Assembly (NCBI GenBank): GCA_964373875.1
Contig: CAYJWH010000002.1
Span: forward strand, 1 to 44,640
DNA length: 44,640 nucleotides
Source: an uncultured Candidatus Saccharibacteria bacterium
Lineage (GTDB): Bacteria > Patescibacteriota > Minisyncoccia > Sungbacterales > HO2-52-23
Direction of reading: 5' to 3'
In this document: one piece after another, positions 1-9,494 of the stretch
How the letters are laid out: each line of letters starts with the position of its first letter
Position numbering within the stretch: the first letter of the stretch is position 1
The notes under the pieces: generated by a model
The model's database searches: none
What the model was told of the DNA's origin: nothing
Seen by the model: only the letters and a program-made list of their open reading frames with translations
Translations under genes and position numbers: made by a program

Positions 1-210
1 TTTTAAAAAAACCACCGGTGGCTAGGTCCGATTAAAATCGGACCGCCATCCCGGCTCGGCCTAGGGAGATCCCTGCCGCCAAAGGCGGCTTAGGGACATA
101 ATATTTAAAAATGCAAAACCATATCGGCTACGCCCATTGACGTCTTACCTCTAACGGGGTAAAAATAAATATAAATTTTCCGAAAGTATCAAACTAATGA
201 TTTAAAAGTA

Positions 211-240
211 ACAAATACCACGCTATAGCTTGGTATTTGT
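211..240 (-). terminator. Stem-loop 3' of atpC; copy 1 of the GCTATAGC-apex hairpin family
   Basis: ACAAATACCA (211-220) pairs with TGGTATTTGT (231-240). The apex is CGCTATAGCT. It lies about 25 nt past the atpC stop. Confidence 0.5.
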
Positions 241-264
241 GCCAAGGATAAACTTAACCGTATG

Positions 265-507
265 TTAGGAATTAACAAGCACTACCACCTCGCTTTCGGG
301 CCGGACTTCCAATATACCTGAGCTGAGTTTTACTTCAGTTTTTTGGTTTTTTTCATCTACTATCTCTACTGCTGGGCCGTTCAGGGTGGAAATCAATGGA
401 AGGTGTCCATCAAGCACGGTAATCTCGCCTACAGTAGTTTTTGCGGTGAGTTTCTCGATTTCTCCTTCAAACAAGGTTTTATTTATAGAATAAATAGAAA
501 GTTTCAA
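265..507 (-). CDS. atpC: F1 ATP synthase epsilon subunit, short form (N-terminal beta-sandwich only)
   Basis: 80-aa ORF immediately downstream of atpD. The pattern LFEGEI..L.A.T..GE.TVL.GH.PL...L is typical of the epsilon N-domain. There is no C-terminal helical hairpin. Confidence 0.8.
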   Translation of the reverse strand: MKLSIYSINKTLFEGEIEKLTAKTTVGEITVLDGHLPLISTLNGPAVEIVDEKNQKTEVKLSSGILEVRPESEVVVLVNS

Positions 508-526
508 AGTTTAAAAATTTAAAAGT

Positions 527-1972
<1,446 letters not shown>

Positions 1973-1979
1973 TTATTTT

Positions 1980-2306
1980 CTATACTCTACCCCCTTTTAA
2001 ATCTTCCAAAAGCGATAGGTAGTATTTCGCGATAGAGCAGTCTCCTTCAAAATCTTCTCCCCTCATATTTTTCTTGTCCTCTTCTTCCACGCTACTTCCA
2101 ATCAATGTATGATAAACAAGGTAGTTCCGGCAATCCGGATATTGTTTTTTAAGCCGTGCCGCAAGATCAAGCATTCGGTCATAAATTTTAAACTTAAGCT
2201 CCGCGCCGCTCCCTCTCGTAAGTTCCCTCAGTTCCAGCTTTAACTTCTCCACTTGGATGGCGGCGGACTCACCGGAAGGAGTTTTTTTGCTTGAATTTCC
2301 CGACAT
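1980..2306 (-). CDS. Hypothetical 108-aa soluble protein wedged between atpG and atpD
   Basis: Its ATG is 1 nt after the atpG TGA, and its stop is 10 nt before the atpD ATG. I recognise no family. It looks charged and helical. Confidence 0.55.
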   Translation of the reverse strand: MSGNSSKKTPSGESAAIQVEKLKLELRELTRGSGAELKFKIYDRMLDLAARLKKQYPDCRNYLVYHTLIGSSVEEEDKKNMRGEDFEGDCSIAKYYLSLLEDLKGGRV

Positions 2307-2307
2307 G

Positions 2308-3261
2308 TCAGTTTTCTATGGATTCTTTACCGGCGGTAATCTCTACAAGCTCTCTCGTAATATTGGCTTGGCGCGCTTTATTATATACAAGCGTCAAATC
2401 AGTAATCAATTCTTTGGCATTATCCGAAGCGCTTTTCATGGCAATCATTCTTGCCGAATGCTCGGAAGCGTTAGATTCAAGAATTAAATGATGAATATGC
2501 ATTCGCAGAAGCTGGGGCACTAGCACTTCCAGAATTTCCGCGGGACTTGGCTCAAATTTATACTCGTATTGATAGATATTTTTTATCCGCGATTTTCCTT
2601 CGATTGTCGCGAATTTGCCGCGCTCCGGAAGTATGGAAATTACCATATCCCATATCCCCTCCTCGCTCACCGGAAGAATTTTTTTCAAGACTGCTTCCTG
2701 CAGAAGTGTCGTACGAAAATTGGTATAAACGGTTTCAACTTCATCAAAAGATTCGTCAAGAAATTTGCCAAGGATAAGATCGGCCACCGGCAAAGTATCT
2801 TCCAATTTGCTGTAATCCCCGAATCCCCAGAAACTTTCCAGTATTGGATATCGCTCTTCGTCCGAGGCGGATCCGCCTCGGACGAAGAAATATTCTTTGG
2901 CTTTCTTACCCACGGTAACAACAGAAAAAGAAATATCCGCGGATCGCTTTTGCAGGATCCATTGCTCAGCTTTTTTTATGACATTGGCGTTAAATGCTCC
3001 CGCAAGTCCTTTATCGGAAGTCACCACAATAAGTAGAGAATTTTTAACGTCTCTTTTTTGTAGAAGCGGAGGAAGTATTGGCATTCGCTTAATCAAATTT
3101 TCAAGCATCTCCAGTGAAGCTACCGCAAAAGGTCGGGCGTTCATGGCAAATTCCTGGGCTTTGCGCATTTTGGTTGCGGAAACTACTTCCATCGCTTTAG
3201 TGATTTGCGCGGTGCTTTTCGTTGATTTGATCCGTTGTTTGATTGCTTTGGTTGAGGGCAT
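2308..3261 (-). CDS. atpG: F1 ATP synthase gamma subunit
   Basis: 317 aa. The N-terminus IK.RI.S.K.T.QITKAME.VSA.KMRKAQ and the C-terminus SARM.AM..A.DNA..L...L.L.YNK.RQA.IT.EL.EI are gamma hallmarks. It overlaps the atpA stop by 1 nt. Confidence 0.95.
   Translation of the reverse strand: MPSTKAIKQRIKSTKSTAQITKAMEVVSATKMRKAQEFAMNARPFAVASLEMLENLIKRMPILPPLLQKRDVKNSLLIVVTSDKGLAGAFNANVIKKAEQWILQKRSADISFSVVTVGKKAKEYFFVRGGSASDEERYPILESFWGFGDYSKLEDTLPVADLILGKFLDESFDEVETVYTNFRTTLLQEAVLKKILPVSEEGIWDMVISILPERGKFATIEGKSRIKNIYQYEYKFEPSPAEILEVLVPQLLRMHIHHLILESNASEHSARMIAMKSASDNAKELITDLTLVYNKARQANITRELVEITAGKESIEN
2856..2887. repeat. Perfect 32-bp palindrome centred on GGATCC inside atpG
   Basis: CTTCGTCCGAGGCGGATCCGCCTCGGACGAAG is its own reverse complement. 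It encodes FVRGGSASDEE. A 16-mer CCGAGGCGGATCCGCC is shared with atpA (4658-4673). Confidence 0.85.
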
Positions 3262-4838
3262 TACAATTTTTTAAAATCTGCCAGTGCCTTTTTCAGAGCT
3301 TCTTCAACATCTTGCGGTAATTCGCCGGTTTCGCGGATTTTATCAAGAACTGCTTTTCGATGCATTTTTTCCAGATAATCCAAAAGTTTAGGTGCTTTGG
3401 TCTCTATTTCACTAGCGGGCATGTCATCAAGATATCCGTTTGTTCCGGCGTAGATCAAAACTACCTGTTTTTCAAAAGATACAGGAGTAAGTTCCGGCTG
3501 TTTTAGAAGTTCGGTAAGAACTTTGCCACGTTCAAGCCGTTTTCTGGTTGATTCATCAAGATCCGAAGCGAATTGGGCAAAAGCGGCAAGCTCTCGATAT
3601 TGCGCGAGTTCAAGACGCAGGCGTCCCGCGACTTTTTTCATGGCCTTGGTTTGCGCGGCTGAACCCACGCGCGATACCGAGAGTCCGACATTTACCGCCG
3701 GCCTGATACCCTGATAAAAAAGTTCCGGCTCAAGATAAATTTGCCCGTCAGTGATGGAAATTACATTGGTAGGAATATATGCCGACACGTCTCCGAGCTG
3801 AGTTTCAATAATCGGAAGCGCGGTCAGCGATCCTCCGCCATTTTCTTTATTTAATTTTGCAGCTCGCTCCAAAAGACGAGAATGCAGATAAAAAATGTCC
3901 CCGGGATAGGCCTCACGTCCGGGAGGACGACGCAGAAGCAAAGAAAGTTCGCGATAGGCCCAGGCGTGCTTGGAAAGGTCGTCGTAAATCACGAGCGCGT
4001 CTTTTCCCTGCGACATAAAATATTCTCCAATGGCTGTCGCCGCGTAGGGCGCTATATACCATAGAGTAGCCGGAATGGACGCGGGGGCGGATACTACTAT
4101 AGTGTAGTCCATTGCTCCGTGCTCTTTGAGAGTAGCTACTATTTTGGCAACCTTGGATTCTTTTTGGCCAATAGCCACATAAATGCATATAGGAATCCGG
4201 CCCTTGTGCTGATCACGGCCTTGATTAATAATCGTGTCAATCACAATAGAAGTTTTTCCAATTTGTCGATCTCCGATTATAAGCTCCCGCTGTCCACGCC
4301 CGATCGGAATCATAGAATCTATGGCTTTGATGCCGGTATGCAAGGGGGTGTTTACAGGTTCGCGCGCGGTTACTGAAGGCGCCAGGCGTTCTACCGGAAA
4401 ATAAACCCGCGGTGAGCTTGTCGAATCCGGTTCTTTTGAATTGGCGGAAAAAATCGGGCCGCGTCCATCTATTGGATTTCCCAAGGGATCCACTACTCTG
4501 CCGATCATTTCTTCTCCTACGCGGACAGAAAGCACCCGTCCGGTGGGCTTGACCACGTCTCCCTCTTTTACTTTCAAGTAATCACCGAGGATGATCGCGC
4601 CGATCGTGTCTTCCTCAAGATTAAAAGCAATGCCCTGCACGGGGCCAGTATCTCCGCCCGAGGCGGATCCGCCACTGGCGGAAAACTCAAGCATTTCCTG
4701 CGAGGCGGCTCCTGCAAGGCCGTAAATTTTGGCAATGCCGTCCCCGACTTCAAGAACATGGCCGATCTTTTCGGCTTTGATTTCCCTTTTGAAACCCTCA
4801 ATTTCTTTCTTTAAATTTTCAAGTATATAGTCGGGCAT
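3261..4838 (-). CDS. atpA: F1 ATP synthase alpha subunit
   Basis: 525 aa with Walker [10 protein letters not shown]. Conserved blocks [23 protein letters not shown] and PGREAYPGD are present. Confidence 0.97.
   Translation of the reverse strand: MPDYILENLKKEIEGFKREIKAEKIGHVLEVGDGIAKIYGLAGAASQEMLEFSASGGSASGGDTGPVQGIAFNLEEDTIGAIILGDYLKVKEGDVVKPTGRVLSVRVGEEMIGRVVDPLGNPIDGRGPIFSANSKEPDSTSSPRVYFPVERLAPSVTAREPVNTPLHTGIKAIDSMIPIGRGQRELIIGDRQIGKTSIVIDTIINQGRDQHKGRIPICIYVAIGQKESKVAKIVATLKEHGAMDYTIVVSAPASIPATLWYIAPYAATAIGEYFMSQGKDALVIYDDLSKHAWAYRELSLLLRRPPGREAYPGDIFYLHSRLLERAAKLNKENGGGSLTALPIIETQLGDVSAYIPTNVISITDGQIYLEPELFYQGIRPAVNVGLSVSRVGSAAQTKAMKKVAGRLRLELAQYRELAAFAQFASDLDESTRKRLERGKVLTELLKQPELTPVSFEKQVVLIYAGTNGYLDDMPASEIETKAPKLLDYLEKMHRKAVLDKIRETGELPQDVEEALKKALADFKKL
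4654..4681. repeat. Imperfect 28-nt palindrome (core GGCGGATCCGCC) in frame inside atpA
   Basis: CCGCC-CGA-GGCGGATCCGCC-ACT-GGCGG. It encodes [10 protein letters not shown], which is extra relative to the canonical alpha N-domain. Confidence 0.6.
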
Positions 4839-4902
4839 TGTTTAAGCATAACAAACAAGAAAATTATAACTCGCCCGATTCTGTTCCGCAAGTCTCTATA
4901 AA

Positions 4903-4940
4903 AGTTACAAATGCCACGCTATAGCATGGCATTTGTAACT
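4903..4940 (-). terminator. 14-bp stem-loop; GCTATAGC-apex hairpin family copy 2
   Basis: AGTTACAAATGCCA / CGCTATAGCA / TGGCATTTGTAACT. It is downstream of the dksA-like gene and followed by a T-rich tract on the minus strand. Confidence 0.6.
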
Positions 4941-4949
4941 AAATAAATA

Positions 4950-4965
4950 AGCCGCTTTTGCGGCT
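4950..4965 (-). terminator. Short GC hairpin with a T-rich tail, in tandem with the 4903-4940 hairpin
   Basis: AGCCGC-TTTT-GCGGCT. On the minus strand it is followed by TATTTATTT. Confidence 0.45.
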
Positions 4966-5064
4966 ACTCGTCCCGTTAGAGATTTAAATACCTATTCTCC
5001 ATTAAATGCATCGGCCGCCTACAAAGACCTCATGAAGCCCCCGATAGAGATTCGGACATTATCT

Positions 5065-5460
5065 CTAACGGGACTCGTCGTCGGAACCTGATTCCATTGA
5101 GTCAACAATTTCACGCATTGAATGGTTTCTTGGGCCTAGACGTTCTTCTGTCCTTTGACAGTCAACGCAAAGAATAGCTGTCGGGACAATCATTAGCCGT
5201 TTGGGAGAGATAGGTTCCTCGCAGTCACGACACATTCCATACTTGCCTTCGTCAATCCTAGCGAGGGCTGCCTCTACTTCTTTAATGGCTCGCGCACGAA
5301 CAGTGAGAAACTCTGTGGTGTTCTCTCCCGAATCCAGTTCGTCAATATCGCTGTCGGTCACGGGCCCTTTCGCGCTTGCCTCACGCAGTTCGCGAGTTCC
5401 TTGCCTGACTTTTCCGGTAAGTTCTCGGAGTTTAGCTTCGAGGTCTAGTCGGATCTGCAC
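5065..5460 (-). CDS. DksA/TraR-family C4 zinc-finger protein
   Basis: 131 aa with CRDCEEPI...(17 aa)...CVDCQ, a four-Cys motif preceded by a coiled-coil region. The start is GTG, with AAGGGGGG upstream. Confidence 0.8.
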   Translation of the reverse strand: MQIRLDLEAKLRELTGKVRQGTRELREASAKGPVTDSDIDELDSGENTTEFLTVRARAIKEVEAALARIDEGKYGMCRDCEEPISPKRLMIVPTAILCVDCQRTEERLGPRNHSMREIVDSMESGSDDESR

Positions 5461-5524
5461 AATACCCCCCTTATAAGTCCTATTTTGGATAATACTGCTT
5501 ATGCGGGAAAATACAAGAAGGGCT

Positions 5525-6628
5525 TTAAAGCCCTTCTTCCCGCAACTTTTCTATGGCTTCTTTTACTTTTTTGCTAATCCTTTTGGGTATATTTACTTTG
5601 ACTTCAATCAGCAGGTCTCCGCGCCCGTATCCGGAGGCGCTATAAGCTCCCTTGCCGCGAACTCTTAACACATCGCCCGGCTGTGTTCCTTCGGGAATTT
5701 TTAAACGGATATTGCCGTCAAGCGTTTCCACTTCTTTGGCTGTACCCAAAATAGCTTCGGTCAAAGGGACTGAAAGTTGCATCACAATATCATCGCCGTG
5801 GCGCAGAAATATCTCGTGCGAAAGCACACGGATTTTTATATATAAATCTCCGGGAGCGCTACCGGTTAGCGAGGCCTCGCCCTTGCCTGTCATTTTTAAA
5901 ATTTCGCCATCGCGTACTCCGCGCGGAACAAAGATCTCCAAATTTTCAGTAGATCGCACGACTCCCTGGCCCCGACATCCCGTACAGAGCGTTTCTGGCC
6001 TTTTGCCGGTTCCCACGCAATCCGGACAAGTAGAGACAGCCGTAAAAGAGCCCAAGAAAGTACGCTGTATTTTTTGTACATTGCCTTTTCCTTGGCAGGT
6101 TTTGCAGGACGTTTCTTTGGATCCCGGTTCTCCGCCAGAGCCCTTGCAGTGCTCGCACTGGATGAGTTTAGATATATCTACTGTTTCTTTGCCTCCAAAA
6201 ATTGATTCCTTGAATTGGATGGAAAGTTCGATTCTGATGTCTTTGCCTTTGCGGCCTCTAGTCTTGGCACGGGTACTGCCGCCAAATCCCGTACCCCCAA
6301 AAAAATCTTCAAAAACATCGCTAAAATCAAATTCTCCGCCCTCTCCCTCGGATCCAAAATCAAATTTAAATCCACCCGGCCACTCAAAGCCCCCTTGAAA
6401 CCCGCCACCGCCTCCTGCCCCCTCAAAGACTTGGCCAAATTGATCGTACTGCGACCTCTTGTTGTCGTCCGACAATACTCGATAAGCCTCGTTTACTTCT
6501 TTAAAACGCTCCCCATCTCCGCCTTTATCAGGGTGAAATTTATGCGCCAAAGCTCTATAAGCCTTTTTAATCTCTTCCTTGCTAGAGTTGCGGGCAACGC
6601 CAAGAGTTTTATAATAATCTTTGTTCAT
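5525..6628 (-). CDS. dnaJ: Chaperone DnaJ
   Basis: J-domain with HPD (KFHPDKG), a G/F-rich linker, and four CxxCxGxG repeats ([32 protein letters not shown]). Confidence 0.97.
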   Translation of the reverse strand: MNKDYYKTLGVARNSSKEEIKKAYRALAHKFHPDKGGDGERFKEVNEAYRVLSDDNKRSQYDQFGQVFEGAGGGGGFQGGFEWPGGFKFDFGSEGEGGEFDFSDVFEDFFGGTGFGGSTRAKTRGRKGKDIRIELSIQFKESIFGGKETVDISKLIQCEHCKGSGGEPGSKETSCKTCQGKGNVQKIQRTFLGSFTAVSTCPDCVGTGKRPETLCTGCRGQGVVRSTENLEIFVPRGVRDGEILKMTGKGEASLTGSAPGDLYIKIRVLSHEIFLRHGDDIVMQLSVPLTEAILGTAKEVETLDGNIRLKIPEGTQPGDVLRVRGKGAYSASGYGRGDLLIEVKVNIPKRISKKVKEAIEKLREEGL

Positions 6629-6705
6629 AATGGTACTTTTTTATTTAGTCCTTGGCGGCATTTCTCGCGATCCCAAGGATTTTGTAGTAGTCTTTTGACA
6701 TTTTT

Positions 6706-7491
6706 CTAAAAAGTTATCCTTTCGGCCTGAACCTGCACAATATCTCTTTTTAGTATTTTACTCCAAAGGGCGAGCTTAATCAATAAAAAGCTAAAAATGA
6801 GCGTTAGGTAATACAGCGGTATGGTAAAGGCCTTGAAGGCAAAAAAGAAAATAACTGCCGAGGCCAGCGGTAAAAAATCCTGATAGGGACCGAGAAGTTC
6901 TTTAAATTGCGCTATCGTCGCCCGATAAAATACCTCGGGCGCCTGTTCCCGATTTGGAATTTCAAGTCCCAGCTGTTTTTCAAACACGGGAATGAGCACA
7001 TCAAATGTCGCCCTCGGCAACAAAATGGCAACTGCCTGTTCTTTATCAATGTTGGCAAGGTAAAAATTGGCCGTAATCAGCGCCGCGCAGGTGAAATAAA
7101 TATGCAAGCCCGACTTAGCAAATTTAGTAAGACTAAACCCTTGAGAAAGAGAGACTTCCTGTCGGATGCGGTGAATCGCGAAGGCAACCAGAAAAATACA
7201 GATAGCGGCGGCTCCAAGTGCGGTGCCGGTAGCCTCAATAAAAAGAAATGGAGCCGTGATACCGGCAAGGAGCAAAATATAGACAAGTCTGGTGTTTTTG
7301 ATGAGGGCGCCTGAAAGCAGAAAAAGGGAGGCAACGACAATAAGTCCGGCCACCGGCCCGATAAAATTTATATACTGCTTAAATTCTCCTTTGATAATAA
7401 GAGGTATTGATTCTTTCCAAAACCAAAATACCGCTATCCCGCCTAGAGCGGTAATGAGAACTAGAATAATTTCTTTAGGATTTATTGTCAT
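6706..7491 (-). CDS. Hypothetical multi-pass membrane protein inside the dnaK-dnaJ cluster
   Basis: 261 aa with several hydrophobic helices. Its start overlaps the dnaK 3' end by 17 nt. I recognise no family. Confidence 0.6.
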   Translation of the reverse strand: MTINPKEIILVLITALGGIAVFWFWKESIPLIIKGEFKQYINFIGPVAGLIVVASLFLLSGALIKNTRLVYILLLAGITAPFLFIEATGTALGAAAICIFLVAFAIHRIRQEVSLSQGFSLTKFAKSGLHIYFTCAALITANFYLANIDKEQAVAILLPRATFDVLIPVFEKQLGLEIPNREQAPEVFYRATIAQFKELLGPYQDFLPLASAVIFFFAFKAFTIPLYYLTLIFSFLLIKLALWSKILKRDIVQVQAERITF

Positions 7492-9427
7492 CCTCCTTCT
7501 TTTCCTCGAAGTCGGCCTCTTTTATATTATCGTCGGCGCCGGCATCTGTCGACGGTGAGCTTGCCTGCCCTGAGCTTGTCGAATGGGTCGAACCACCGGC
7601 TTCGTTTTGCGGGGAAGTATTTCCCGCAGACTTATATAATAGCTCCCCGATTTTTTGCAGAGAAGTGGACAACTCATTCGCGGCCTGTTTTATTGCCGCC
7701 GCATCCGGTCCATCTTTGGCGTTTTTAAGAGAATTTAATTTGGATTCAATTTCGGTTCTTACTTCTGCCGGAACTTTGTCTCCGGCATCCCGTAGCGCCT
7801 TCTCAGTAGTATAAATCATGGTGTCGGCGGTATTTTTAGCTTCGGCCAGTTCCCGATTTTTTCGATCTTCTTCGGCATGCAGTTCCGCGTCTTTTTTCAT
7901 GCGTTCTATTTCTTCTTTGGAAAGAGATGCGGAGGCCTCAATCCTAACCGACTGCTCTTTGTTAGTTGCTTTGTCCTTCGCCTTCACGGACAAAACTCCG
8001 TTTACGTCAATATCAAACGTAACCTCTACTTGCGGCAGGCCGCGAGGCGAGGGAGGAATTCCATCAAGTATAAATCGCGCCAGAGTTTTATTGTGTCCTG
8101 CCATTTCGCGCTCGCCCTGCAGGACGTGAATCTCCACCGAAGTTTGGCTATCTGCCGCCGTAGAAAAAATCTGGGTTCGAGCCGTGGGAACAGTCGTGTT
8201 TTTTTCAATGACTTTGGTCATAATCCCACCCAAAGTTTCTATGCCAAGCGAAAGAGGGGTTACGTCCAAAAGAAGCACGTCCTTTACCTCACCCTGCAAA
8301 ATTCCGGCTTGCACCGCCGCGCCAATGGCCACCACCTCGTCAGGATTAATTGATTTATTTGGCTCCTTTCCAAAAAGATCGCGAACGGCATTGACGATGG
8401 CGGGCATCCTCGTTTGTCCTCCGACGAGTATTACCTCGTCTATATCGCTCATTTGAAATCCGGAATCTTTGACTACGGTCCTGGTGATTTCTATTGATTT
8501 ATCAATCATATCGCGTACAAGCTCTTCAAGTTTGGAGCGGGACATACGCATGACCAAGTGTTTTGGCCCGGACGCGTCTGAAGTTATAAACGGGAGATTT
8601 ATTTCTGTCTCCGGAGTTGTGGATAGTTCATGTTTGGCCCGTTCGGCCGCCTCTTTCAGACGCTGAAGCGCTAAAGTATCTTTAGAAAGGTCTATCGCCT
8701 GCTCTTTTTTATATTCCTCAGCAATCCATTTTATGATCCTTTGGTCAAAGTCGTCCCCTCCAAGATGCGTATCGCCTCCAACGGCCTTAACCTCGATGGT
8801 ATCTTCGGTGACTTCCAGAACCGAGAGATCAAAAGTTCCTCCGCCGAAGTCGTAAACCACAATCTGCTCGTTTTTTTTCTTATTAAAACCATAAGCCAAA
8901 GCCGCGGCAGTCGGCTCATTTAATATCCGGCGTACTTTAAGGCCGGCTATTTCTCCGGCCGCTTGCGTCGCTTTTCTTTGAGAATCGTCAAAGTAAGCGG
9001 GAACGGTAATTATTACTTCTTCTATTTTTTGTCCCAGTTTTTCTTCGGCATCTTGCTTCAACTTCTGCAAAACCATGGCAGAAATTTCTTCCGGCCGGAT
9101 TAAGGCATCTCCGAATTTTATTTCCACGCCGCCATTACCCGCCTCCTTCATCTCATAAGGCAGCCAAGACTTGTCGCGCTGTATTTCAGAATCCGAAAAT
9201 TTACGGCCAATCAGCCGCTTGATAGAAAATAAAGTATTTTTGGGATTCGTGACCGCCTGACGCTTGGCGAGCAGTCCCACTAAACGTTCTCCGGATTTGG
9301 AGACCGCGGCAACAGAAGGAGTTGTTCGCGCTCCTTCTTTATTTTCAATAATTTTCGGCTCACCGTGCTCGATCACGGCCATAGCCGAGTTGGTAGTTCC
9401 TAGATCAATTCCTAATATTTTTGACAT
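7475..9427 (-). CDS. dnaK: Chaperone DnaK (Hsp70)
   Basis: 650 aa with the signatures GIDLGTTNS, VYDFGGGTFD and ILVGGQTRMP. Confidence 0.98.
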   Translation of the reverse strand: MSKILGIDLGTTNSAMAVIEHGEPKIIENKEGARTTPSVAAVSKSGERLVGLLAKRQAVTNPKNTLFSIKRLIGRKFSDSEIQRDKSWLPYEMKEAGNGGVEIKFGDALIRPEEISAMVLQKLKQDAEEKLGQKIEEVIITVPAYFDDSQRKATQAAGEIAGLKVRRILNEPTAAALAYGFNKKKNEQIVVYDFGGGTFDLSVLEVTEDTIEVKAVGGDTHLGGDDFDQRIIKWIAEEYKKEQAIDLSKDTLALQRLKEAAERAKHELSTTPETEINLPFITSDASGPKHLVMRMSRSKLEELVRDMIDKSIEITRTVVKDSGFQMSDIDEVILVGGQTRMPAIVNAVRDLFGKEPNKSINPDEVVAIGAAVQAGILQGEVKDVLLLDVTPLSLGIETLGGIMTKVIEKNTTVPTARTQIFSTAADSQTSVEIHVLQGEREMAGHNKTLARFILDGIPPSPRGLPQVEVTFDIDVNGVLSVKAKDKATNKEQSVRIEASASLSKEEIERMKKDAELHAEEDRKNRELAEAKNTADTMIYTTEKALRDAGDKVPAEVRTEIESKLNSLKNAKDGPDAAAIKQAANELSTSLQKIGELLYKSAGNTSPQNEAGGSTHSTSSGQASSPSTDAGADDNIKEADFEEKKEDDNKS

Positions 9428-9494
9428 ATGTTTGTAGTTGAAATTATATTTTATTTATGTTATACTTTTGATGGTTCTCTTTTGAGAGGTATGC

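Noticed and set aside
9443-9471. Promoter and CIRCE in front of dnaK
   Set aside because: A TATAAT box lies 15 nt upstream of the dnaK ATG, but the best -35 is poor (TCAAAA), and no TTAGCACTC/GAGTGCTAA half-site is present. The evidence is too weak to list as a feature.
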